Made by a program: the position numbers and the translations under genes
Shown: piece after piece, positions 1-7,416 of the stretch
How the letters are laid out: every line of letters begins with the position of its first letter
How positions within the stretch are numbered: the first letter of the stretch is position 1
Origin: a virus
Taxonomy: Duplodnaviria > Caudoviricetes
DNA: 54,531 nt
Virus record (IMG/VR): IMGVR_UViG_3300037042_003862
Coordinates: 1-54,531 of that record
Reading direction: 5' to 3' (one strand)
The notes under the pieces: model-generated
Told to the model about the DNA's origin: nothing
The model's input: the letters and a program-made list of their open reading frames with translations, nothing else
The model's database searches: none

Positions 1-70
1 CCCGGCCTACGGGTCGCGGAGTCGCGACTCTCGGACTCGCGACGGGTCCGAATCCCAGGACCCGCGGAAA

Positions 71-118
71 GTCCCGATTCGGGACCGTCCCGATTCGGGA
101 CCGTCCCGATTCGGGACC
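71..118. repeat. Three tandem 16-bp units GTCCCGATTCGGGACC, each containing a perfect 15-bp palindrome
   Basis: Units at 71-86, 87-102, 103-118; GTCCCGA-T-TCGGGAC is the consensus of the palindrome found upstream of the early promoters. Confidence 0.95.
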
Positions 119-247
119 GTCCGGGGGAGGCCTCCCCCTGGGCAACCCACCCGAGCCTGACACCGAGCTATCGTCCACAACTCAGCAACCCACGGACGTC
201 CACATCTGGACCACCGTGGGTTTTCTCGTTTCAAGAATCAGCACCAC

Positions 248-661
248 TCAGTAGTGGATCTTGAACCCGAGCATCTCCAGTTCGTTGCGAGTCGCGTCCG
301 ATCGGATGTGGCGCACCGTCCAGGCCAGCACCTCCTCCCTCGTGGGCGCAACGTTCGCGAAGGTCAGCTCAGCGGCGTGGACGTTCTCACCATCCTCCGA
401 CACGAACTCCAGAGCGACCATCGAGCGTTCCACGTTGCTCGGGTCCGCAGCGACGATCACGACAACGTTCGGAGCCTCCTCGAACACAGCGTCCATCGTG
501 AGTTTGCCAAAGAACGGTTCGGTGCCGTCGTCCCAGTCCTCGGCGCCACTGTAGTCCTGGTAGGTGTTCGTGTCGTGCTTCAGCTTGAGGCCTCCCTCGC
601 GTTCCGCGATGAGCTGGTCAACCATCTGGAACACCGCCGCACGTAGCTCGCTGGTCTTCAT
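248..661 (-). CDS. Hypothetical protein, paralog of 787..1134
   Basis: 137 aa ORF behind an inverted promoter repeat; shares W.DG.EPFF, MD.VF, EVL.W..RHI and ELxxLGF with 787..1134. Confidence 0.85.
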   Translation of the reverse strand: MKTSELRAAVFQMVDQLIAEREGGLKLKHDTNTYQDYSGAEDWDDGTEPFFGKLTMDAVFEEAPNVVVIVAADPSNVERSMVALEFVSEDGENVHAAELTFANVAPTREEVLAWTVRHIRSDATRNELEMLGFKIHY

Positions 662-668
662 ACTCCCC

Positions 669-696
669 TTATCGGCCGAATCCTGTCAGGACTTTA
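669..696 (-). promoter_or_regulatory. Sigma-28-like promoter repeat 1 (leftward)
   Basis: Minus strand TAAA-N16-GCCGATAA, 7 nt before ATG at 661. Confidence 0.8.
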
Positions 697-717
697 GCAA
701 AGCTCCCAGAAAACCCA

Positions 718-732
718 GTCTCGGAGCGGGAC
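718..732. promoter_or_regulatory. Palindromic operator-like site centred between divergent promoters
   Basis: GTCTCGGAGCGGGAC, 21 nt from the leftward TAAA and 20 nt from the rightward TAAA. Confidence 0.6.
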
Positions 733-752
733 TCGGAAAAGCGAACCCGAGC

Positions 753-780
753 TAAAGTCAGCACACGCCCGAGCCGATAA
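753..780 (+). promoter_or_regulatory. Sigma-28-like promoter repeat 2
   Basis: TAAA-N16-GCCGATAA, 6 nt before ATG 787. Confidence 0.8.
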
Positions 781-786
781 CGGAGT

Positions 787-1134
787 ATGGACCTAAAGCA
801 CAACCCTCTCCGACGGAGAGACTTCCACGCCGAGGCCTGGGCCGACGGCGCTGAGCCGTTCTTCGCAGAGGTTCGGATGGACAGCGTATTCACAGGGACC
901 TCGAAAGCGTGGGTTGTCGTCTGCGCCGCTGACGACAATCGGACCCAGAGCGTGATCGCGCTGGCGTTCATCGACAACCAGGGGCTGGAGGTAGACATCC
1001 TCCAGGAGGCCTCCCGCACGTTCCCCGCAGACGTGGAGCGGTGCGAGGTCCTCTCCTGGGCTCGGCGCCACATCCTCCCAGACACCACCGAGGCCGAGTT
1101 GAAGCTGCTGGGCTTCATCTTCACAGAGGCCTAA
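787..1134 (+). CDS. Hypothetical protein, paralog of 248..661
   Basis: 115 aa ORF directly behind promoter repeat; visible similarity to the divergent gene. Confidence 0.85.
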   Translation: MDLKHNPLRRRDFHAEAWADGAEPFFAEVRMDSVFTGTSKAWVVVCAADDNRTQSVIALAFIDNQGLEVDILQEASRTFPADVERCEVLSWARRHILPDTTEAELKLLGFIFTEA

Positions 1135-1164
1135 AGTCCACATCTCAGCAACCTCAAAAACAGC

Positions 1165-1192
1165 TAAAGTCAGCACAGCAAACAGCCGATAA
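1165..1192 (+). promoter_or_regulatory. Sigma-28-like promoter repeat 3
   Basis: TAAA-N16-GCCGATAA, 10 nt before ATG 1203. Confidence 0.8.
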
Positions 1193-1202
1193 CGGAGTCA
1201 TC

Positions 1203-1475
1203 ATGAGCAACATGTCCTACTGCCGCTTCCGAAACACCGTGAGCGACCTCCGTGACTGCAAGGAGGAGTTGAAGCTCCTCATGACGGGACGGCCGCACAC
1301 CATGATCAAGGACCCGGACGAACGGGAGGCGCGTGAGGAGTTAGTGCTGCTGTGCCTCCGCGTGGCCGCGATGTTCCCGGAGGCCGCAGAGCAAGAGGCT
1401 CCGGGAGACGCCATGCGCAGCGCCATCGCCCAGGCCGAGGAGGACTCGCCAGGGCAGGCCGAGGAGGAGTCCTGA
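1203..1475 (+). CDS. Hypothetical phage protein (MSNMSYCRF.NT..DL.DC N-terminus)
   Basis: Start moved from 1041 to the ATG behind the repeat; this N-terminal motif is one I recognise from small phage proteins. Confidence 0.8.
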   Translation: MSNMSYCRFRNTVSDLRDCKEELKLLMTGRPHTMIKDPDEREAREELVLLCLRVAAMFPEAAEQEAPGDAMRSAIAQAEEDSPGQAEEES

Positions 1476-1500
1476 ACCGAGATTCCGCAACCCACAACGC

Positions 1501-1528
1501 TAAAGTCCCCAGCACAATCAGCCGATAA
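1501..1528 (+). promoter_or_regulatory. Sigma-28-like promoter repeat 4
   Basis: TAAA-N16-GCCGATAA; palindrome at 1469-1483. Confidence 0.8.
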
Positions 1529-1537
1529 CGGAGTATC

Positions 1538-1714
1538 ATGAGCAAGTTCACGATCAAGCAGCCCACCCCAGCGCAGCTGGCGGTCCTCTTCCGAGCGAAG
1601 TCTGACTGGCAGGACTCGGACGGCACCAGCAAGAAGGCCGCAGCGACCTTCAACGCACTCCTCGCTCCGTTCGGCGAGTGCGAGGACCTGGGCCTGTTCT
1701 TCCTTCCGGAGTGA
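1538..1714 (+). CDS. Hypothetical protein (58 aa, not in ORF track)
   Basis: MSKFTIKQPTPAQL...FFLPE, ATG 9 nt behind repeat. Confidence 0.75.
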   Translation: MSKFTIKQPTPAQLAVLFRAKSDWQDSDGTSKKAAATFNALLAPFGECEDLGLFFLPE

Positions 1715-1746
1715 ATCCTGAATCGAGACTCCGCAACCCACAACGC

Positions 1747-1774
1747 TAAAGTCCCCAGCACAATCAGCCGATAA
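1747..1774 (+). promoter_or_regulatory. Sigma-28-like promoter repeat 5
   Basis: TAAA-N16-GCCGATAA; palindrome at 1715-1729. Confidence 0.8.
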
Positions 1775-1783
1775 CGGAGTATC

Positions 1784-1993
1784 ATGAGCCAAGAACAACG
1801 CGAGATGAACGCTCGGGCCTCGGCGAGGTCCTACCACGCAGCGATGGTCCGCCTGGGCGACTGGATGCCGTCGGAGTTCGATGCCGCGGACCGCTGCGGA
1901 TTCGCCAATTTCTTCGGAGACGGAGCCGAGCGCAAGGCCTTCATCGCCGAGTGGCTGCGCCTCGATTCGGGACTCCAGCAACCACAACGCTAA
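1784..1993 (+). CDS. Hypothetical protein
   Basis: 69 aa behind repeat; stop TAA is the TAAA of the next repeat. Confidence 0.75.
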   Translation: MSQEQREMNARASARSYHAAMVRLGDWMPSEFDAADRCGFANFFGDGAERKAFIAEWLRLDSGLQQPQR

Positions 1994-2019
1994 AGTCCCC
2001 GCCACACCCGAGCCGATAA
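1991..2019 (+). promoter_or_regulatory. Sigma-28-like promoter repeat 6
   Basis: TAAA-N17-GCCGATAA; palindrome at 1959-1973. Confidence 0.75.
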
Positions 2020-2028
2020 CGGAGTATC

Positions 2029-2313
2029 ATGAGCAAGATCAACAAGTCAGACATGATCGTTGCGGCCACGATGGCGAGTCTCTTCGCAAACTCCTCGGAG
2101 GTGGGCTGGGCCCAGATCAGTGCCGCGGTCCGAGCCTCGGAGGCTCGGGTGCCCAAGAACGGCTGGCTGCGCGTCCGGAGCCTCCTGCAGGGCACCTTCC
2201 TCAACGAGAAGGTGGTCGAGAGGACTGAGGATGTGTTCGGCGAGACCTACCGCGTGGTCAACGCCAAGGCGGCACAGTCCCTGAACGAGAACCTGAAGTG
2301 CTGGCTCAGCTAA
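2029..2313 (+). CDS. Hypothetical protein, possible winged-helix fold
   Basis: 94 aa behind repeat; helical pattern followed by a short beta hairpin (VVERTEDVFGETYRV). Confidence 0.75.
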   Translation: MSKINKSDMIVAATMASLFANSSEVGWAQISAAVRASEARVPKNGWLRVRSLLQGTFLNEKVVERTEDVFGETYRVVNAKAAQSLNENLKCWLS

Positions 2314-2338
2314 AGTCCGACCCACAATCAGCCGATAA
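2311..2338 (+). promoter_or_regulatory. Sigma-28-like promoter repeat 7
   Basis: TAAA-N16-GCCGATAA. Confidence 0.8.
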
Positions 2339-2347
2339 CGGAGTATC

Positions 2348-2515
2348 ATGAGCAACTACGGTCTGCGGTGGAATGAGTTCAACAAGAAGGGTGAGCTGGT
2401 CGCGAAGGAACGCTGGTTTGACTCGGAGGAGAGCCGCGAGCGTTTCCTGGACAAGCTCTACTCCAAGGAGAGCTTCCACAGCGTCAGCTCAACGTCCGAC
2501 CCGAAGCCCTCATGA
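2348..2515 (+). CDS. Hypothetical protein (55 aa, not in ORF track)
   Basis: MSNYGLRWNEFNKKGELVAKERWF...; ATG behind repeat, ATGA overlap with next gene. Confidence 0.75.
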   Translation: MSNYGLRWNEFNKKGELVAKERWFDSEESRERFLDKLYSKESFHSVSSTSDPKPS

Positions 2516-2745
2516 ACGCCACTTACACGGTCCTCCGCAAGATCGGCTCCCGCGAGCTGATCCACCGCTCCGCAGGCTCCGCGGCCGCAGGCTCCGGCAC
2601 CACACCAGTCCGGGAGGCCTGGGGGTCCATCAGCACCGCCAGGGACGGCACCACCCACGGCCGCTGGTTCCGGACCCGGGAGGAGGCGGAGGCCGACATC
2701 AACAACCACCTAGCGTCCACATCTCAACAACCCGACAGCAAATGA
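2512..2745 (+). CDS. Hypothetical protein
   Basis: 77 aa, ATGA-coupled to previous gene. Confidence 0.65.
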   Translation: MNATYTVLRKIGSRELIHRSAGSAAAGSGTTPVREAWGSISTARDGTTHGRWFRTREEAEADINNHLASTSQQPDSK

Positions 2746-2760
2746 GAGGTATGCTCTAAC

Positions 2761-2985
2761 ATGGCACACACCAGCATCACGCTCATCACCATCACCGGAA
2801 AGCCAGTCAGTCTCGTTTGCGACTCACGGGAGGGAGCCGAGGATGCAGCTCAGGACGTCATCGTGCGCGGTCTCGACCGTCCGAGCCCACTCGACGAACC
2901 CATCATCCGAGCCTTCATCAAGGAGGAGGGCAAGCCGCTGGAGGAGGTCCTCCCCAGCACACTCCTCAAGGAGGCCGACTCATGA
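2761..2985 (+). CDS. Hypothetical protein
   Basis: 74 aa; TATGCT 5 nt before the ATG. Confidence 0.65.
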   Translation: MAHTSITLITITGKPVSLVCDSREGAEDAAQDVIVRGLDRPSPLDEPIIRAFIKEEGKPLEEVLPSTLLKEADS

Positions 2986-3143
2986 AGCCGCTCTCAGCAT
3001 CCGTCACCGCCTTCCTGGCAGCACTCCCGCCAGTCGTCCACACCTCACACAATCCCTCCCTCAGGTTCGACACACGAACCGAGCGAGGGTGCTGGGTGGT
3101 CAGCGGGTGGGGCCGCATCCGACCAATCCGCCTTTCCAACTAA
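2982..3143 (+). CDS. Hypothetical protein
   Basis: MKPLSAS..., ATGA overlap; stop falls in the next repeat. Confidence 0.55.
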   Translation: MKPLSASVTAFLAALPPVVHTSHNPSLRFDTRTERGCWVVSGWGRIRPIRLSN

Positions 3144-3168
3144 AGTCCCCCCAGCAAACGGTCGATAA
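3141..3168 (+). promoter_or_regulatory. Sigma-28-like promoter repeat 8
   Basis: TAAA-N16-GTCGATAA. Confidence 0.75.
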
Positions 3169-3177
3169 CGGAGTATC

Positions 3178-3423
3178 ATGGACGAACAAGACAACAAGGA
3201 CCAGGTGCCCTGCGACACCTGCGAGCAGTGGGGATACGGGGCCATCCGACTGAAGGGGGTGCTGATCTGTGAGCTGGGAACGGGAGGGCAGTGGCCACGC
3301 CTCGTGGTCAACCGTTGCGATGCCTGCCGCTTGTTCGACTCGGATGACGATGCCCTCCAGGCCCTGCTGAAGGAACTGATCGAACGGACAAAAGCTAAAG
3401 TCCCAGGCACAAACGGTCGATAA
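3178..3423 (+). CDS. Small Zn-finger-like protein
   Basis: CDTC...CDAC followed by FDSDDDA; behind repeat. Confidence 0.75.
   Translation: MDEQDNKDQVPCDTCEQWGYGAIRLKGVLICELGTGGQWPRLVVNRCDACRLFDSDDDALQALLKELIERTKAKVPGTNGR
3396..3423 (+). promoter_or_regulatory. Sigma-28-like promoter repeat 9
   Basis: TAAA-N16-GTCGATAA, fully inside the 3' end of the upstream ORF. Confidence 0.75.
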
Positions 3424-3432
3424 CGGAGTATC

Positions 3433-3816
3433 ATGCTCAGCAACCCAGACTTCCAAGTCATCCCAGGAGTCCTCGCTCTGATCCCCAAGCCGGGCCAGCA
3501 ATCCCGATACATCTTCCGGATCAGCGAAGGGGCCAAGAAGTGGGACGGACACGGTTGCGACATCGCGGTCGAGTGCCCACGCACGGCCACCTACGCACCC
3601 TGCCTCATCAAGATCACCGGCCGCAAGGTCCGGATCGACTACCGAAGCTGGTCGCACACTACCTTCCGCGTGTCGGCTCAGATCTGGTTTCCGGCCGAGC
3701 CCTGGTCCGAGCCCCAGGAGTGGTCCGAGGCCGAGTCGGTGGAGCTGATCTTCAGCGAATCGGTCGAGCTGGACCAGGTCAAGTCCCTGTTCGAGACTCC
3801 CGCCACCCAGAGCTAA
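3433..3816 (+). CDS. Hypothetical protein
   Basis: 127 aa behind repeat. Confidence 0.75.
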   Translation: MLSNPDFQVIPGVLALIPKPGQQSRYIFRISEGAKKWDGHGCDIAVECPRTATYAPCLIKITGRKVRIDYRSWSHTTFRVSAQIWFPAEPWSEPQEWSEAESVELIFSESVELDQVKSLFETPATQS

Positions 3817-3842
3817 AGCTCCCCCCACACCCGAGCCGATAA
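3814..3842 (+). promoter_or_regulatory. Sigma-28-like promoter repeat 10
   Basis: TAAA-N17-GCCGATAA; palindrome at 3783-3797. Confidence 0.75.
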
Positions 3843-3851
3843 CGGAGTATC

Positions 3852-4247
3852 ATGACGATCCAACTGAACCACCTCCACTTCCAAGAGTTCCTGCGAGGAT
3901 ACCGCGAGGGCCTCCGAGCCTACAACACGATGGTCGAAACGGAGGGCGGTGAGCTGGAGTCCACGCCAGACATCCCCGACCAGCCCCTGGGGCTGGGCTT
4001 GACGATGGCCACGGCGAGGGAGGCCCAGGACTTCATGGCCGGCAACGTTCGGGACCTCGACCGATTCTGCCACGAGTTCGGCGAGAGCTACCGTCGCGTG
4101 GGCCTGCTGTTCGCTCTGAACAAGAACGGCCACGGCGCTGGGTTCCAGAACTACAACGGCGAGGCCGCTCGGGCCCTGCGCTCGGCCGCCAAGACCTACG
4201 GTGCGACCACGCTCCTGGTCTCCGGAGGAGTCCTGGTGAGTCTCTGA
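3852..4247 (+). CDS. Hypothetical phage protein (NGHGAGF motif)
   Basis: GLLFALNKNGHGAGF resembles the GHD.WLTRNGHGAGFW motif of a common phage hypothetical family. Confidence 0.75.
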   Translation: MTIQLNHLHFQEFLRGYREGLRAYNTMVETEGGELESTPDIPDQPLGLGLTMATAREAQDFMAGNVRDLDRFCHEFGESYRRVGLLFALNKNGHGAGFQNYNGEAARALRSAAKTYGATTLLVSGGVLVSL

Positions 4248-4271
4248 TCGAGACCGCATCAACCACAACGC

Positions 4272-4299
4272 TAAAGTCAGCACAACAATCAGCCGATAA
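4272..4299 (+). promoter_or_regulatory. Sigma-28-like promoter repeat 11 (no GGAG downstream)
   Basis: TAAA-N16-GCCGATAA-CCATACC-ATG; palindrome at 4240-4254. Confidence 0.8.
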
Positions 4300-4306
4300 C
4301 CATACC

Positions 4307-4840
4307 ATGAACGCCAAGCAACTCGACCTGCTCTCGATCCCAGCCCTGTTCGCCATCCTCAAGAGCGTGGAGACGCGCATGGCGGTCCTCTCGCGGTCCG
4401 CGGTGGGCACCAAGAGCGACTGGGTGCCCAACCTCAACCTCACGCACGATGAGGCCCTCGCGGAGTTCTCGGAGTGCGTCACCCTCCACCAACTCCTGGT
4501 CCCGCGGCTGGATCGGGCAATGGCCGAGGCAGCCTCCTCGGTGAAGCTGGTCTTCACCCCCAACGGAACGGGTCGCAACTTCGGGCTGGATGTCCAGGCA
4601 AACCTCGGCCACGGGATGGAAACGCTCTACCGCACCGGCCTCTACCTGAGCGAGAAGGCTGCCGTGGATTGCGTCGAGCAAGAAGGGCCCGACAACATCG
4701 CCAAGACCGTCATCCGCTACCTCAGCGAGAAGGCCACGGTCCAGCTGGAGGATCGAGACTCCTCACTGGTCCGCATCGCGGTCGCAACGCAGTTCCGCCA
4801 GCTGGCGGCGTCGGTCTCGAAACAAGACGCCAAAGTCTGA
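4307..4840 (+). CDS. Hypothetical protein
   Basis: 177 aa behind repeat; internal repeat YLSEKA twice. Confidence 0.75.
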   Translation: MNAKQLDLLSIPALFAILKSVETRMAVLSRSAVGTKSDWVPNLNLTHDEALAEFSECVTLHQLLVPRLDRAMAEAASSVKLVFTPNGTGRNFGLDVQANLGHGMETLYRTGLYLSEKAAVDCVEQEGPDNIAKTVIRYLSEKATVQLEDRDSSLVRIAVATQFRQLAASVSKQDAKV

Positions 4841-4848
4841 GGCGGAGC

Positions 4849-4877
4849 TAAAGTCCCACCACCACCCGAGCCGATAA
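4849..4877 (+). promoter_or_regulatory. Sigma-28-like promoter repeat 12
   Basis: TAAA-N17-GCCGATAA; palindrome at 4814-4828. Confidence 0.75.
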
Positions 4878-4886
4878 CGGAGTATC

Positions 4887-5273
4887 ATGGGGAAGCTAAC
4901 TCTCGCAGCCGCTCGGAAGCAACTCAAGCGCACGTATGAGCTGAAGGATCAGCGAGTCAGCATCCGGAGCCCAGGCTCCCTGGGCCAGCGAGTCTACCAG
5001 CTGGAGGGAGGTATCCAACTCCGCAAGGAGATGGCCTACAAGCACGCTCGGGACCTCGTGGAGACCATGGTTGCCCGCGAGGTTACCAGCCTGACCAAGA
5101 TTGTCCTGCGTGAGAACACGTGGGAGGATTCGGGCTGGTCCACAGTCTACCTGATCGGCACCGAGGTAGTATTGATTCACCACAGCTCAGTGGATCGCAC
5201 CGCCCTCGGGCCCTTCCGGGAGGCGGAGTTGAAGCGTCAGATGGCCGTCCTGATTCGGGACACCAAAGTCTGA
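4887..5273 (+). CDS. Hypothetical protein
   Basis: 128 aa behind repeat. Confidence 0.75.
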   Translation: MGKLTLAAARKQLKRTYELKDQRVSIRSPGSLGQRVYQLEGGIQLRKEMAYKHARDLVETMVAREVTSLTKIVLRENTWEDSGWSTVYLIGTEVVLIHHSSVDRTALGPFREAELKRQMAVLIRDTKV

Positions 5274-5281
5274 GGCGGAGC

Positions 5282-5309
5282 TAAAGTCAGCACAACAATC
5301 AGCCGATAA
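5282..5309 (+). promoter_or_regulatory. Sigma-28-like promoter repeat 13
   Basis: TAAA-N16-GCCGATAA; palindrome at 5247-5261. Confidence 0.8.
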
Positions 5310-5318
5310 CGGAGTATC

Positions 5319-5873
5319 ATGGCACGAGTCGAACACGTCAAGTCAGCGCGCAAGGAGCAGGGCAACTGCGGTAGGTGCGGCGCTGAGATTCTCAAGGGCA
5401 TGCCCTACAAGTCAGTGGCGTTCTTCCGCGGACCGCGGAAGGTCCGGTGCGGCAACTGCTCGTTCCGGCCGTCGGAGTTGACGCAGAGCAAAATGAGCCA
5501 GGCCCTCGCGGCCGAGGAGACCATCCAGGACATCATCAACCAGTGGAACGGCGAGGACTTCGACTCGATCAAGAGCGACATCGCGGACCAGGCGCAGGAG
5601 ATTCGGGACGTGGCGGAAGAATACACCAGCGCGGCCGACGGCATGGAAACCAACGGCTCAAACAGCATCTCCGACGAATGGCGGGAGAAGGCTGACGCGC
5701 TGGAGGACTACGCCAGCTCGATCGAGGATGCCACCGAGGAGGTGCCGGACTACGAGGGCCCGATGGAGGAGGGCGAGGACCCCCAGCCGAAGAAAGATAG
5801 CGATGAGTTCAAGGCCTGGGTCGATGAGGCCAGGGGCATCCTCGCCGGACCGCTGGGGAATATGCCGGACTGA
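5319..5873 (+). CDS. Zn-ribbon protein with acidic helical C-terminus
   Basis: CGRC...CGNC, basic N-terminus, strongly D/E-rich C-terminal half. Confidence 0.85.
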   Translation: MARVEHVKSARKEQGNCGRCGAEILKGMPYKSVAFFRGPRKVRCGNCSFRPSELTQSKMSQALAAEETIQDIINQWNGEDFDSIKSDIADQAQEIRDVAEEYTSAADGMETNGSNSISDEWREKADALEDYASSIEDATEEVPDYEGPMEEGEDPQPKKDSDEFKAWVDEARGILAGPLGNMPD

Positions 5874-5875
5874 GC

Positions 5876-5903
5876 TAAAGTCCCCAGCACAATCAGCCGA
5901 TAA
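5876..5903 (+). promoter_or_regulatory. Sigma-28-like promoter repeat 14
   Basis: TAAA-N16-GCCGATAA. Confidence 0.8.
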
Positions 5904-5912
5904 CGGAGTATC

Positions 5913-6227
5913 ATGAGCAACCTGTTCAGCAACAAGCAGACCCTCTCGGTGACGGTGACGGTGACGTTTGACCCGTCCGAGCTGATCGACCTCCTGTCCA
6001 TCAGCCACTTCCCCATGGAGTTCCTCCAAACGAACAAGGACATCAAGGCGGCCATCAAGCTGATGGTCGAAACGGAGGCCCTCCGGTGCAAGCAGCGCAT
6101 CCGAGACTTCCGCGCAGGCGGAAAGCCGCACGAGGCTCGGCTCTGCTGGGATGACGCGTCGATTGCGGTGCGGCAACGTCGCCTGGCGTTCCGCGTTGGG
6201 GCTGGGGGCACCGCCACCCCGTCCTGA
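5913..6227 (+). CDS. Hypothetical protein
   Basis: 104 aa behind repeat; stop TGA inside palindrome 6221-6235. Confidence 0.75.
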   Translation: MSNLFSNKQTLSVTVTVTFDPSELIDLLSISHFPMEFLQTNKDIKAAIKLMVETEALRCKQRIRDFRAGGKPHEARLCWDDASIAVRQRRLAFRVGAGGTATPS

Positions 6228-6251
6228 TCCGAGACTCCCGACCCACAACGC

Positions 6252-6279
6252 TAAAGTCAGCACAACAATCAGCCGATAA
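6252..6279 (+). promoter_or_regulatory. Sigma-28-like promoter repeat 15
   Basis: TAAA-N16-GCCGATAA, 6 nt before ATG 6286. Confidence 0.8.
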
Positions 6280-6285
6280 CGGAGT

Positions 6286-6513
6286 ATGAGCAACGCACGC
6301 TACAAGGACCTGGCCGATTGCCTCTCGATCCGCTACGGTGTCTCGGCCATGGTCGCGAGTCCGACCACGGTGCTGTGGGCGGCCAACCACCTGATCGAGG
6401 TCGGAACGCTGGAGGTGGCCGCGGCCAAGAGCCAGCTGAAGGCTCTCAACGCCCAGCGCCACAAGCTCGGCGTGATCCCGGCATACGCTGACTTCGGCAC
6501 GAGGCTCTTCTGA
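6286..6513 (+). CDS. Hypothetical protein
   Basis: 75 aa behind repeat. Confidence 0.7.
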   Translation: MSNARYKDLADCLSIRYGVSAMVASPTTVLWAANHLIEVGTLEVAAAKSQLKALNAQRHKLGVIPAYADFGTRLF

Positions 6514-6779
6514 TGACGACCATCCACATCCCAGCTCAGCAATGGACCCGCACCAGCGAGTGCCCCGCATTCGATACAACGTTTGAAGTCAAGGCAGGGG
6601 ACTACGAGGTGGTGACGGTGGAATACCACGCAGGCTACCCATTCTCGGCCGTCTGCGTCGATGCGGCCCAGGTCCGGGAGACTCCGGCCGCTCTCCTCGG
6701 AGGGATGCCGGTGGGCTGGACCAAGGAGGTCGGAAAGCCCACCCAGGTCCTCATCCCCCTCAAGGACCTCACCAAGTGA
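6513..6779 (+). CDS. Hypothetical protein
   Basis: 88 aa, TGATG-coupled. Confidence 0.7.
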   Translation: MTTIHIPAQQWTRTSECPAFDTTFEVKAGDYEVVTVEYHAGYPFSAVCVDAAQVRETPAALLGGMPVGWTKEVGKPTQVLIPLKDLTK

Positions 6780-6811
6780 GTCCTGAATCGGGACTCACTC
6801 GACCACAACGC

Positions 6812-6839
6812 TAAAGTCCCCAGCACAATCAGCCGATAA
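6812..6839 (+). promoter_or_regulatory. Sigma-28-like promoter repeat 16
   Basis: TAAA-N16-GCCGATAA; palindrome at 6780-6794. Confidence 0.8.
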
Positions 6840-6848
6840 CGGAGTATC

Positions 6849-7178
6849 ATGACCCAGACCAAGCACCAGACCGACTGCTCCAGCGCGACACTGACCCGTT
6901 TCGAGAGGTTCGCTCTCGAAAAGAACCGCCAGATCGACTACCAGGACATTCGGCAGTTCCTGCTCGGCGAGGGATACCGAGACCCGGCACGCGCCACCGA
7001 GGGCCTCCTCGACAAGCTCCAGGTGGACAGCAAGGACATGTGGCTGATCGCCCAGGTGGGCCGAGCCTGTGCCCGCGAGGCCCGTGAGCTGCGCGAGGTC
7101 CTCCACGGCCTGGAGAGCGCCAAGCGCGCAGTCCGGGAGGAGGTTCGCAGCCGCTGGCCGGACTTGCTCGCAGACTGA
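6849..7178 (+). CDS. Hypothetical protein
   Basis: 109 aa behind repeat, coiled-coil-like C-terminus. Confidence 0.75.
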   Translation: MTQTKHQTDCSSATLTRFERFALEKNRQIDYQDIRQFLLGEGYRDPARATEGLLDKLQVDSKDMWLIAQVGRACAREARELREVLHGLESAKRAVREEVRSRWPDLLAD

Positions 7179-7199
7179 CACCGACCCCACGTCCACATC

Positions 7200-7382
7200 A
7201 TGACCAACGACACCACCACCGCTGCGATCCTCCTACTGGAGGGAGTCGTGCTCGACATCCACATCCACACCCACTTCCAGGAGGCACGGAAGCGCATCCT
7301 CAAGACAATCGACCTGCTGTCGGGAGGGAATGACGCGCTGATTCCGTCCTGGTTGCTGGCCGAGGTCCAGGGACTCCGCTAA
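7200..7382 (+). CDS. Hypothetical protein
   Basis: 60 aa; stop in the TAAA of the next repeat. Confidence 0.55.
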   Translation: MTNDTTTAAILLLEGVVLDIHIHTHFQEARKRILKTIDLLSGGNDALIPSWLLAEVQGLR

Positions 7383-7407
7383 AGTCAGCACCTCAATCAG
7401 CCGATAA
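7380..7407 (+). promoter_or_regulatory. Sigma-28-like promoter repeat 17
   Basis: TAAA-N16-GCCGATAA. Confidence 0.8.
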
Positions 7408-7416
7408 CGGAGTATC

